From a virus (Duplodnaviria; Heunggongvirae; Uroviricota; Caudoviricetes), in the IMG/VR virus record IMGVR_UViG_3300026737_000001: a DNA stretch of 40,273 nucleotides, one strand, 5' to 3'. The translations under genes were made by a program, and so were the position numbers. A model generated the notes under the pieces. The model ran no database searches, had not been told where the DNA came from, and worked only from the letters and a program-made list of their open reading frames with translations. Shown in pieces: positions 25,568 to 35,161 of the stretch (the stretch's first letter is position 1; every line of letters starts with the position of its first letter).

Positions 25568-25852
25568 ATGGATTGGAGATTAGCAACAGGTGGTCATAAA
25601 AGGACAATAGATAATGCTTTAAGTGGTGTTAAGCTTACAGGTCTTGGTCATGCTGTTGGTTTTGGTGCTTCTGCCGGAATGATTGGAGGAGCTGTTATGC
25701 AGAACAAATACGGCAAGCCAACAATTTCTAATGTTCAGCCGGGAATATCTCAGGCTGAGTCAATGAGTTATGACTTGAGGCAGAATACGGCTCTTGGAAC
25801 ATCTGGAGATTTAACATTAGCACTCAGCAAATACGGATTTGAAACGAGATGA
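25568..25852 (+). CDS. Gly/Ala-rich small protein
   Basis: GGAGG RBS; hydrophobic Gly-rich segment. Confidence 0.7.
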   Translation: MDWRLATGGHKRTIDNALSGVKLTGLGHAVGFGASAGMIGGAVMQNKYGKPTISNVQPGISQAESMSYDLRQNTALGTSGDLTLALSKYGFETR

Positions 25853-25858
25853 TAATTA

Positions 25859-26401
25859 ATGATTAATCCAAAAGATTATCTTAATAGAGGTATTGATTAC
25901 GCAAGAGAAACAGGAAGTGAAGCCGCAGGACTTGGCAAAGCTACTGCAAGTAGCGGCAAAAAAGCGGCCAAATCTTTTCTGACATCTGACGGATACAAAA
26001 CACTATCAAGCAAGATTGATGATTTAAATTTCGGTATTGGTGGTTTTGGGTTAATAGCAGAAACAGCAGGTACTATTTGGGGTACTAACTACAGGTTAAA
26101 GCAGGGCGAAGCATTACTTCCCTCTTTAGGTAAAGAGCTTGTAGAGAACGCAGTTTATGGTGTTGCCCCACAGCTTATGATTGGAATGATAGGTAAGGCT
26201 GCTGTTCAGGCATATCCTGCAATCAAGGATGCTGCTTCTCAAAAAGAGTACTACTCTAAAAACATGAATTATTTAGGTGGCAACTATTTAGACGCTCAAT
26301 CTAACCACAGCAGCAGAGCAAGGGCTTTAGAGCAAATTAAAAGAAGCCGCTCAACGATTGCCAGCAGCGTCGGAGGAGAAGCTAAGCGTTACCATTTTTA
26401 G
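25859..26401 (+). CDS. Gly/Ala-rich protein, possibly virion-internal
   Basis: ORF in the operon; composition. Confidence 0.7.
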   Translation: MINPKDYLNRGIDYARETGSEAAGLGKATASSGKKAAKSFLTSDGYKTLSSKIDDLNFGIGGFGLIAETAGTIWGTNYRLKQGEALLPSLGKELVENAVYGVAPQLMIGMIGKAAVQAYPAIKDAASQKEYYSKNMNYLGGNYLDAQSNHSSRARALEQIKRSRSTIASSVGGEAKRYHF

Positions 26402-26431
26402 GAAATTTAAATATGATGTAATTACATATAT

Positions 26432-26514
26432 GGGCAAGATAGGCTCATTACCGAAAGTCAGATTCCGAACTGATTTCTTGCCCTCTAATAAAATTCGGAA
26501 AATACTATCGGAGG
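26432..26514 (+). promoter_or_regulatory. structured leader with an anti-SD loop (copy 2)
   Basis: GGGCAAGA/TCTTGCCC stem; loop TTCCGAA is complementary to TTCGGAA (26494) and to the SD region TCGGAGG. Confidence 0.6.
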
Positions 26515-26522
26515 TATTTAAT

Positions 26523-26750
26523 ATGGAAAAAAGAGATGTTTTATATGATTTATACTGGTTTATAGAATATAATGGAAGACAGCATTATGAGCCTATAAAG
26601 GCTTGGGGCGGGTATGAAAAATTAAAAAAGCAAAAAGAACATGATAAAAGAAAAAAAGAATTTTGCAAAGAAAACGAATATAAGCTAATAGAGATTCCGT
26701 ATTGGGACTTTGAAAATATAGAAGACATACTAACTGAAGAGCTTACTTAA
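26523..26750 (+). pseudogene. internally deleted endonuclease gene, paralog of 19351..20058
   Basis: IEYNGRQHYEPI..WGG...LIEIPYWDFENI; only the C-terminal part remains. Confidence 0.75.
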
Positions 26751-26824
26751 AAATTTAACTAGGTTGTTTAGTATAGTAAAGACATCTTAACTAAACATAA
26801 ATATTAAAACAGCAGGGGATTATT

Positions 26825-28573
26825 ATGGCAAAAAATGAAATGCATAGCTTAATAGAGGAATTAATGAACGACCCTGAGTTAAGCGGTATTTTTGATGACC
26901 CTGTTGTATTCTCAAAGGCTGTTTTAGGAATTAACCCTCGCTGGTATCAGAAGAAGATACTGAGGGATAAGAATTTAAAGAAGGTTGCCCGTTGGGGCCG
27001 CCGTTCAGGAAAAACTTTTGGCATGGTTTTATATATGATATGGAGGGCTTTTGTTCAGCCAGATGGCAAGGATGAAAGACTTTTAGTTATCGGTCCATAC
27101 GGAATTCAGGTAGACACAATCTTTGATGAGCTGAGAAAGCTTATCCAGAACTCTCCTATACTGCAGGCTTCGGTCACAAGAAGTGTCCAAAGTCCACAAA
27201 GGATTGAGTTTGGAAACGGCTCGATGATAATGGGTCTATCAGCAGGCTCTGGTTCAGGTAAGGGTGCAAGCTCTATTCGTGGACAGGGAGCAACATACAT
27301 CTTCCTTGACGAGACAGATTATTTAACAGAAGGCGATATCAACTCCATCATGGGTATGCAGCTTGAAGATATGGAGTCGATTGGTATCTGGTGTTCTTCA
27401 ACTCCAACAGGACAGAGAAAGATGTTCTGGGAGTGGTGTACTTACGCAAGTAAGACCTATACCGTGGATGATAAAGAATTATGGCTTCAAACTAAAGATA
27501 TTGACCGATGCGAAAATTATATTGAAAGAGATGACAACCTTGCAAACGGCTGGGTTCAGTATCATTATCCATCATGGGTTAACCCTAAATGGTCTGATGA
27601 TATGGATAAAGAACTTAAGGCCATGTTTAGTGCTCAGGGTTATGTGCACGAGGTTGATGCTGATTTTGGTGATGCCACAACAGGCGTTTACAATAAATCA
27701 AAATTAGATGACTCAAAATATGATTACACATATGAAGAAATGAGACAGCGTTCTCCGATGCCACAGAGAGTTAGAATTATCGCTTCTGACTGGGATAAAT
27801 ACGGAGCCGCAACAGAAATTGTTGTTTCCGAATATGATGAAGAAAATAAAAAGATAAGGGTTATCGAAAGAGCAGAGATACCATCAACTGAATATACATT
27901 TGATAATGCGGTTAAAAAGATACAGGAGTTAAATAATTTCTGGAAACCTGACAAAATCTACCTCGATAGAGGTTATGGTGAGTATCAGGTTGAGGTCTTA
28001 AAAAAGAGTATAGGTAAAGATATCGTAAAAGGTATAGCCTTTAACTCTAAGATAGAAGTTTTAGACCCGGCAGATAACACAATAGACAAAAAAGAAACAA
28101 AACACTTCATGATTACACAGGCTCAGATACTTCTAGAAAGAGACCAGTTGATGTTTTCAGCACATGATGACCTTCTAGTAAAGCAGATGGAAAACTATCA
28201 GGTTGTCAAAAGAAGTTCTGTCGGTAAGCCGATATATACTTCTGAAAACGAGCACGCTCATGATGCTTTTGTATTGACAGTGCTTGCCTTCAACCAGGAG
28301 TTTCCTGATATCACAAAACTTTTAGAAAAAAGAAGAAAAGCAACAATCATGGCCAAGGTAAACAAACGGCTTGAAAGTGTAAAAGAGAAATTACAGTTTA
28401 ACAATGACCGGAATAAAACAAAGAAACAAAGGCAGCTTGAAAAAGAGCTTGAGGGAGAGCCGGAATATGTTAAACATATGAAATCAATAGAGTATGGAAA
28501 TTTTAGAAAGAGTAATAATACCTGGGGCTCTCGTGGCACGCAAAGACGACCCCCGGGAAGAAAGAACTTATAA
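26825..28573 (+). CDS. terL: terminase large subunit
   Basis: PRWYQ, Walker A GRRSGKT, Walker B IFLDE, STP motif, RNase H-like C-terminus (SDW...HAHDA). Confidence 0.93.
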   Translation: MAKNEMHSLIEELMNDPELSGIFDDPVVFSKAVLGINPRWYQKKILRDKNLKKVARWGRRSGKTFGMVLYMIWRAFVQPDGKDERLLVIGPYGIQVDTIFDELRKLIQNSPILQASVTRSVQSPQRIEFGNGSMIMGLSAGSGSGKGASSIRGQGATYIFLDETDYLTEGDINSIMGMQLEDMESIGIWCSSTPTGQRKMFWEWCTYASKTYTVDDKELWLQTKDIDRCENYIERDDNLANGWVQYHYPSWVNPKWSDDMDKELKAMFSAQGYVHEVDADFGDATTGVYNKSKLDDSKYDYTYEEMRQRSPMPQRVRIIASDWDKYGAATEIVVSEYDEENKKIRVIERAEIPSTEYTFDNAVKKIQELNNFWKPDKIYLDRGYGEYQVEVLKKSIGKDIVKGIAFNSKIEVLDPADNTIDKKETKHFMITQAQILLERDQLMFSAHDDLLVKQMENYQVVKRSSVGKPIYTSENEHAHDAFVLTVLAFNQEFPDITKLLEKRRKATIMAKVNKRLESVKEKLQFNNDRNKTKKQRQLEKELEGEPEYVKHMKSIEYGNFRKSNNTWGSRGTQRRPPGRKNL

Positions 28574-28581
28574 TGTTATAG

Positions 28582-28616
28582 ACATGGGAGGTTTCCTCCC
28601 CCTTCCTCCCGTGTTT
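28582..28616 (+). terminator. hairpin downstream of terL
   Basis: ACATGGGAGG/CCTCCCGTGT. Confidence 0.5.
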
Positions 28617-28649
28617 ATATAGATTTAAAAATGAAAAGGGTGATTTATT

Positions 28650-30392
28650 TTGGCTAAAAACTACGGAATTGAATACAGTCCGAATATTTTTTACAAGCTG
28701 GATGATGCTCCGCCAAACCAGTATAAAAATAGGATAATCAAATCCGAAAACTATGTAAGCTCAAAAGATAATGAAGAAAAAGTAGAAGAGCTTAATGTAA
28801 AAATCGATTTTCTAATTGACAAAACAGAAAAAGAACTTGCAAAAGAAGATGGTTTTGAAGATTACAGGCCAAAAGCTGTAAAAAAATATTATTGCCAGCA
28901 AATCTTAAGCGATGAGGACAATAGCTATGTCACAGAGTTTGAAGGAAGACAGTCTGACATAACTGGCAATATGGCTATTGACTATTACAAAAGACTCTTA
29001 AGCTTAAAAAGAGAAAACGAAAATGACCTTGATGCTATTTTAGACTTGATGAAGTTTGAGGCTAAGGGTCTGGTAAATTATATAAAAGATTTAGCTTATG
29101 GGTTTGACCTAGAGGAAGATTATTTAGACATAATCTACAGACAGGATGTAATAGATGACTCAAAGAAAAAGATTGAGATTTTAAATGATATATTTTTAGA
29201 GCTGGAAAGAAAAAGAGAGAATTTAAAAGAAGAATTTAAAAAAGAGAGTAGAAGAGGCAATGCTGATAAAGCCCGCTCAATTCAGTTTGAAATGGATAGA
29301 GTTAGAAAAGAAATTTCAAGAACTAAAAACAGCTTAGGTTATACAGCAAGCCATTCTTACAGCATCTACAAAAAATTAGAAAAGACAGATAGTTTTGTTC
29401 AGAAAATAGGATATATGGTTATAGCTTCACCTTATGACAACTTTGATGGTACTGTCTGCTGTATGTTAAAGGCACTTTTAAAGCAGGCAGGCTTAGATGA
29501 CGATATAGAGGATATCGATGATAGGCTGGAGAGATTAAACATCAAAGAGTTAAAGGATGCGGTTGATACGATAAGGGCGCTTCTTGCCCTATCTTATAAT
29601 GATGCGTCTAAAATTCTGGCACAAATAGAAAATGAGCTGATAGACATACTCACAGCTCCGCTAAAAGCTCTGCTTGGAAAGTCAATAAGTATGCTGAGGG
29701 ATTTAGAAATATCAGCATTTAGAAATGTATATAAACTTTTCGACAGTGTAAGCGGTGATTTTGATAATCCAGATAATATATTAGACTGTATATATTTAGA
29801 AGAGCTGATGGATTTTACTTTTGACAAAATGGATGAGGTATTTGAGGAAATAGAAGAATGCCTTTTAGATATCTACAGAGCCATCCATCAACAGATAGAT
29901 ATTTACGATGAGGATTCTGTAAAGCTTTTTGAGAAGGCAAAAACACAGGCTGTTTACGACCTTTTAACCAAGTTCTCTAAGGTATTGAATACATTAGATA
30001 AATTCTCGCTAAGCCAGGGGATAGAACAGTGGATAGAAGGATTCCTGGTTGATAGTGGTTTTGGAACCTACTACGACAATGAATCAGGTACTTATAAAAA
30101 TGTAAATGTTGGAGGTTGTATAAGTCCTTTTGATTATGACGGCTCTTACAACAACTTCATACCAGAGTACCCTTCAGATATACCAAGAATAGAATTCGCA
30201 AATAACCAAGAATATAAAAAGTGGATTAAAGATGATAAAGCTGTTAGCTTCTCATGTGAGTTGAATACAGATGCAAAAAATGAAGAGAACAAAAATCTAT
30301 TAGAGAAACTCAAAAAAGATATAGATATTGCCGATAAAGATGTACCGATATTGGCAGCAAATTATATAGAAAATAAGGACCTAAACTATTAA
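28650..30392 (+). CDS. large acidic helical/coiled-coil hypothetical protein
   Basis: 580-aa ORF, TTG start after AGGGTGA. Confidence 0.8.
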   Translation: MAKNYGIEYSPNIFYKLDDAPPNQYKNRIIKSENYVSSKDNEEKVEELNVKIDFLIDKTEKELAKEDGFEDYRPKAVKKYYCQQILSDEDNSYVTEFEGRQSDITGNMAIDYYKRLLSLKRENENDLDAILDLMKFEAKGLVNYIKDLAYGFDLEEDYLDIIYRQDVIDDSKKKIEILNDIFLELERKRENLKEEFKKESRRGNADKARSIQFEMDRVRKEISRTKNSLGYTASHSYSIYKKLEKTDSFVQKIGYMVIASPYDNFDGTVCCMLKALLKQAGLDDDIEDIDDRLERLNIKELKDAVDTIRALLALSYNDASKILAQIENELIDILTAPLKALLGKSISMLRDLEISAFRNVYKLFDSVSGDFDNPDNILDCIYLEELMDFTFDKMDEVFEEIEECLLDIYRAIHQQIDIYDEDSVKLFEKAKTQAVYDLLTKFSKVLNTLDKFSLSQGIEQWIEGFLVDSGFGTYYDNESGTYKNVNVGGCISPFDYDGSYNNFIPEYPSDIPRIEFANNQEYKKWIKDDKAVSFSCELNTDAKNEENKNLLEKLKKDIDIADKDVPILAANYIENKDLNY

Positions 30393-30404
30393 GGGGGAAT
30401 AGGT

Positions 30405-31910
30405 TTGGATTATAACGAGGCTAAAAAAGACAGGGAAACTTTACTGTCCTTACTTAGAGAGTATGGTGGCCAGAGACCTCTCGCAAGGGAGCTTGACTGC
30501 GACCATAAAGCAATTAAGTACTGGATGGATAAGTATGGTATTACAGTTGAGGATTATGAACAATATGAAGATGAGTTGGAGTTTTCTGGTAAAGAGAAAT
30601 ATGTAGATTTTACTGAAGAAGAACTAGATGGCGACTACTACCTAAATGATGAAAACAAATATCCTTATGAGAAGATAGATGACATTTACATTTTTAGAGC
30701 TCCTTTCGGAGAGTTTGATGTAAGCAAGGACATTTTGGATAGAGTCTTGGAAGACTACTGTAATATAGGACTTACTAAAAAAGAGACTGCAAGAGATGTC
30801 GGGCTTTCAATTAAAGAAGTTCACGTAATCTTAAAAGGCTACGGAGTAATCCACGACAGCATTCCTTTTAGAAAAGAAGTTCAAAGAGAGCTAACTCCAC
30901 AGGAGATGGCAGACTTAAGTCTTGAGCAAAAGGAAGCGTTATACTACAGAGAGATAGAGCAAAAACAGTACAAAAAAGCTATCAGAGAAAACAAGAAATA
31001 CAAAGAAAAAGATTATCTTCTAAAAAAACAGGCCGATAGAATTTTAGAAAACTTAGAACAAGTAGAGTACAGGCCTCCAGAAATTGTTCACTTAAATGAA
31101 GAAAAGAAGTTGAACAAAAACACTTTAGTAGTTAATATCTCTGACTGGCACAAAGGTAAAACTGTTTTAAGTGCCAAGATTTTAGGAAACAATGAGTTAA
31201 ACAAAGTTATATACCAGCAGAGAATAGATAAATTCATAGAAAAAGTTTTAATGATGCTAGAGAGACATAAACCGGAAAAGGTATTAATTTTAAACTACGG
31301 TGATGGCCCAGACTCTCCTAATGCAGATGTTTACCCGGGCCAGAGAGAACATCAGGACGTATTGTACGAAGAGCAGGTAATGGGTTATGTTCAGGATGTT
31401 GTTGATTTTATCCTAACAATCCACCAGCACCATCAGCATGTAGAGTATGCTGGAGTGCCAGGAAACCACTCAAAAGGCAATATCAACTGGGATGTTTTAG
31501 CTAATATGTTCATTAAGGAATTACTTAAAGATTATGAAGATATCAAAGTAGATTCTGAAAACATAGAATACAAAGTACATGAGATTTACGACTATTATCT
31601 TGTACAGTTCCACGGCAACTTCCTGACAACAAAAGTGGACAGTCCTACAGCACAAAAACAAGCCTTAAGCATATTAGAGCTTGAAGGGCTTCCTAAAAAG
31701 AGAAGTTACTTATGCCAGGGACACTTACATCACAGAGCAGCTGAAGGGCCTTCTTACAGAAGAATTCTTTTACCAAGCCTCGTTGGAGGGGATAGGCTTT
31801 CTGCTAACATGATGCAGACTGGAGCAAGACCGGGCCAGCAGATTTTCGTGGTAGAAGACGGAGAAGGGCTGACAGATGAACATAATGTATTTTTTGACAA
31901 CATACAATAA
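30405..31910 (+). CDS. HTH + calcineurin-like metallophosphoesterase
   Basis: SDWH, YGD..D, PGNH, FHG and GHLH motifs; N-terminal HTH segments. Confidence 0.8.
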   Translation: MDYNEAKKDRETLLSLLREYGGQRPLARELDCDHKAIKYWMDKYGITVEDYEQYEDELEFSGKEKYVDFTEEELDGDYYLNDENKYPYEKIDDIYIFRAPFGEFDVSKDILDRVLEDYCNIGLTKKETARDVGLSIKEVHVILKGYGVIHDSIPFRKEVQRELTPQEMADLSLEQKEALYYREIEQKQYKKAIRENKKYKEKDYLLKKQADRILENLEQVEYRPPEIVHLNEEKKLNKNTLVVNISDWHKGKTVLSAKILGNNELNKVIYQQRIDKFIEKVLMMLERHKPEKVLILNYGDGPDSPNADVYPGQREHQDVLYEEQVMGYVQDVVDFILTIHQHHQHVEYAGVPGNHSKGNINWDVLANMFIKELLKDYEDIKVDSENIEYKVHEIYDYYLVQFHGNFLTTKVDSPTAQKQALSILELEGLPKKRSYLCQGHLHHRAAEGPSYRRILLPSLVGGDRLSANMMQTGARPGQQIFVVEDGEGLTDEHNVFFDNIQ

Positions 31911-31942
31911 ATATCTTTTACGAGGCAGGTGGTGAAATAAAT

Positions 31943-33889
31943 GTGAGAAGAAAAAAAATAAAAAAATCATTTTTTGATAAAGTTAAAGAATTTGTCAGGC
32001 ATCCAATAAAATATTTCAATCAAGCAGCTGATGATGAAAACCCATTTGCCCGAGCTATAAAAAAGATAGGTTATGCGATGTTTGACGGAGACGCAAGAGC
32101 TGATGAGTTTAGTGGCCCCGACTTTGACTTAGAAGAAATAAACAGGGCTTACAACACAGACTCCTATGTAAGACAGGCTATTGATAAGCACATAGAATTG
32201 ATGTTTAAAGCAGGTTTTCACTTTGTCGGTAAGGATGAAAATGTTAAAGATTATATCAATAAAAGATTTTCAATTTTATCTGACATGATGGGACTTCCGA
32301 TGAACCAGTTCTGGAAGGATATAGCTGACGCATTAGTAAAACATCACAATGTTTTCATTGTTAAAAAGAGGATGGACCCTTCGAAAATGCCGAAGGTTAA
32401 TGGGTTAACATACAAAGGGCTCGGCAAGAAAAAACCTGTAGGAGCATACTTTATACTTCCTGCAGAAACAATGAAGATAAAAGTAGATATAAATGGAACA
32501 ATAAAAAAATACCAGCAGGATAATGGAGAAGAGCAGGTTGAGTTTAATCCTATGGATGTAATTCACATTCCTTATAAGAAGCCGGCCGGAAAATTTTTCG
32601 GGGTACCGTTTTTAGTACCCGTTATAGATGATGTAAAACTTTTAAGGCAGGTAGAGGATAATGTTGCTCGACTTTTATACCGATTTTTGTATCCTTTATT
32701 TATTTACAAAGTAGGTCTTGATAAGGCAGGCTATGAATCAACAGATGAAGAGATACAAAAGATGCAGCAGGAAATACGAAATATGCCGATTGATGGTGGG
32801 CTTGTTCTACCAGAAAGGCATAATGTTGAACTTCTAAACACAAACGGAAGCATTCCGGCAGAAAAGTACCTTGAATACTACGAGAAACGGGTATTTACAG
32901 GGCTTGGAGTAAGCCAGACCCTAATGGGAAGGGCAGACACTTCAAATCGCTCAACAGCCGAAAATCAGTCTTCAGAGATGAGAGATAGAGTTCGTGCTTT
33001 CCAGACAGTAATAGAAGATTATGTAAATCACTTTATTATCAGGGAGCTTCTTTTAGAGGGTGGATATGACCCCCTTTTAAATCCTGACCATGATGTAGAT
33101 TTTGAATTTGAAGAAATAGATGCAGACTTAAAAATCAAAACTCAAAACCATGCAGTATACATGTTTGAACACAACGCCTGGACTCATGAAGAAATGAGAA
33201 AAGCACTTGGCAAAGAACCTGTTGCTGATGAATCAAGACTGCAGTCTAATATGTTTAATAACTTAGAAAATCAGGCAGATACAGATAATAAAAATCAACC
33301 ACAAAATCAGCACTCAAATGCTGAGTCTGAAAATAAGGTGGACATTTATTATCCATACGAGAGCAGAATAAAGAGATTATATATCGACTTTAAAGAAAAG
33401 TTTATTGAAGCCGAGGAGCTTGAGGCCCTTGAATCAATAACAGAACAGTTTTTCCAGAAGTCGCTATTTTATGTAAGAAACAGTGTCAGAAAATCTTTCA
33501 GCTCTGGTTTTGAAGAGTATTCAGACTTTGACTTTGAAGAAAGTAAAAACCTGCAAGAACTTGTAGAAGCTGTCGAAGTTAAACTAAACTCCTTAAAGAA
33601 TGAGTTCATAGAGAAGCTAAGAAATTTAGATGAGGGAGATAAGAAAATATTCCTTAAATCTTTCGAAAGTGAATTCAGCAAAGGCTTTAATATCCAAAAC
33701 AATGAAGCCTACAACACAGGAGCTATAGAAGCCTTTAAAGGAAGTAATGAAAAATTAGATATAAGCTTCAAAAAAGGCGAAAACATAGAATTAGATGTAG
33801 ATGAAAATATGCTAAATACGGTACCACAATATAGAATTGAAAATATAAAACCCCTCAAAGAAAGGGGGGAAGCTAGTGAAGAGGCTTGA
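31943..33889 (+). CDS. portal protein
   Basis: DVIHI..K....FGVP.L.P, GLGVSQTLMG, EEMRK.LG.EP; position in the head module. Confidence 0.88.
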   Translation: MRRKKIKKSFFDKVKEFVRHPIKYFNQAADDENPFARAIKKIGYAMFDGDARADEFSGPDFDLEEINRAYNTDSYVRQAIDKHIELMFKAGFHFVGKDENVKDYINKRFSILSDMMGLPMNQFWKDIADALVKHHNVFIVKKRMDPSKMPKVNGLTYKGLGKKKPVGAYFILPAETMKIKVDINGTIKKYQQDNGEEQVEFNPMDVIHIPYKKPAGKFFGVPFLVPVIDDVKLLRQVEDNVARLLYRFLYPLFIYKVGLDKAGYESTDEEIQKMQQEIRNMPIDGGLVLPERHNVELLNTNGSIPAEKYLEYYEKRVFTGLGVSQTLMGRADTSNRSTAENQSSEMRDRVRAFQTVIEDYVNHFIIRELLLEGGYDPLLNPDHDVDFEFEEIDADLKIKTQNHAVYMFEHNAWTHEEMRKALGKEPVADESRLQSNMFNNLENQADTDNKNQPQNQHSNAESENKVDIYYPYESRIKRLYIDFKEKFIEAEELEALESITEQFFQKSLFYVRNSVRKSFSSGFEEYSDFDFEESKNLQELVEAVEVKLNSLKNEFIEKLRNLDEGDKKIFLKSFESEFSKGFNIQNNEAYNTGAIEAFKGSNEKLDISFKKGENIELDVDENMLNTVPQYRIENIKPLKERGEASEEA

Positions 33890-35117
33890 ATTTAAAGAAA
33901 ACTTCAAGATAAACGAATCAAAAGATTTAAAAAAAACAAAAGTCAAAGAGTCTTTTTTAAACGACAAAGAGGATAAGCTTACAGTAAAAATCGAAGCAAT
34001 ACATGCAATAACTACAGGAAATTATAATACTTATCCTGCAAAGGAGCTTAGAGGAGATGTAACCAAAAGAACTGGTGCATTTTCATGGACACATCCTTAC
34101 AATAAGCCAGTATTAACACACCACAACTCATACAATGGAGAACCAGTTGGTAGAGTAATAGAAGCTAAATATCAAGAAAGTTCACAGGCTGGACCACCTG
34201 TTATAGTCTTAACTGTTGAGATAACAGATAAAGACGCTATAGAAAAGGTCAAAGATGGAAGATATGTTACTGTATCCATTGGTGGTAGTGCAGAACATGC
34301 ATACTGCAGTATATGTGGTAATGACTGGTTGGAAGAAGGAAGATGTGAGCACTGGCCAGGTTATGAATATGATGGAAAGACAGCAACACTTGAAATGGCT
34401 GATTTAACTTTTGTTGAAGTTTCATTTGTTAACGTGCCGGCAGACAGCTATGCAAAGATAATAGATGTCGAAGAATCACAGGGTACAAAAACAACAGAAG
34501 AATTTTATATAACAACAAATGGGAAAGCTGTTGAAGAAAATATGCAAGGAGGTAAAGAAATGGATTTAAAAGAATTACAGTCTAAATATGACAAACTAAA
34601 TGAGTCATATAAAACTAAAGAAGAAAGAGTAACTCTTTTAGAAAAACAGGTTGAAAATATCGAAAGTGAAAGAGATGCAGCCTTAGAAGAAAGCAAAACT
34701 TTATCGGAGAAAAATAGTAATCTTGAGATTAAGCTTACAAATCTAGAAAATGAACTTGACGACCTTACTGCTGAAAATGCTAAGTTGAAAGACAAACAGC
34801 ATAAGATTTTAGCTGAGAAAGTTGTTCAGAAAAAAATCGAGATGAATAAGCTGAAAGAAGAAGAGCTTGAAGATGCTATTGAGGAGCATGTAGGTAGAAA
34901 AGAAGAGTCCTTAAAGGATACTCTAAAAGACTTAGAAAAAGAAGCTGAAATGCTTGCTGAAGAGTCTGAAGGAGAAACAGAAATTACAGAACCCGGCGAG
35001 CCAACTGACAAAGAAGGCCTACACAATGCTGAGGGTGAAGAGAACGTAGAGACTGTTGAAGAAGACGAAGATTTAGACGATAAGTTCGACATTAAAGAAG
35101 AGCTAAAAAACTTATAA
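33876..35117 (+). CDS. prohead protease fused to a coiled-coil scaffold
   Basis: KPVLTHH...PVGRV...TVSIG...CSICG...EVSFVNVPAD, followed by an acidic coiled coil. Confidence 0.88.
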   Translation: MKRLEFKENFKINESKDLKKTKVKESFLNDKEDKLTVKIEAIHAITTGNYNTYPAKELRGDVTKRTGAFSWTHPYNKPVLTHHNSYNGEPVGRVIEAKYQESSQAGPPVIVLTVEITDKDAIEKVKDGRYVTVSIGGSAEHAYCSICGNDWLEEGRCEHWPGYEYDGKTATLEMADLTFVEVSFVNVPADSYAKIIDVEESQGTKTTEEFYITTNGKAVEENMQGGKEMDLKELQSKYDKLNESYKTKEERVTLLEKQVENIESERDAALEESKTLSEKNSNLEIKLTNLENELDDLTAENAKLKDKQHKILAEKVVQKKIEMNKLKEEELEDAIEEHVGRKEESLKDTLKDLEKEAEMLAEESEGETEITEPGEPTDKEGLHNAEGEENVETVEEDEDLDDKFDIKEELKNL

Positions 35118-35161
35118 TAATTTAAAAAAATACTAAAAGAAAGCAAGGAGGAAATTTAATA

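Noticed and set aside
26358-26522. N-terminal extension of ORF 26358..26750
   Set aside because: It overlaps the previous gene and the RNA leader; the RBS points to the ATG at 26523.
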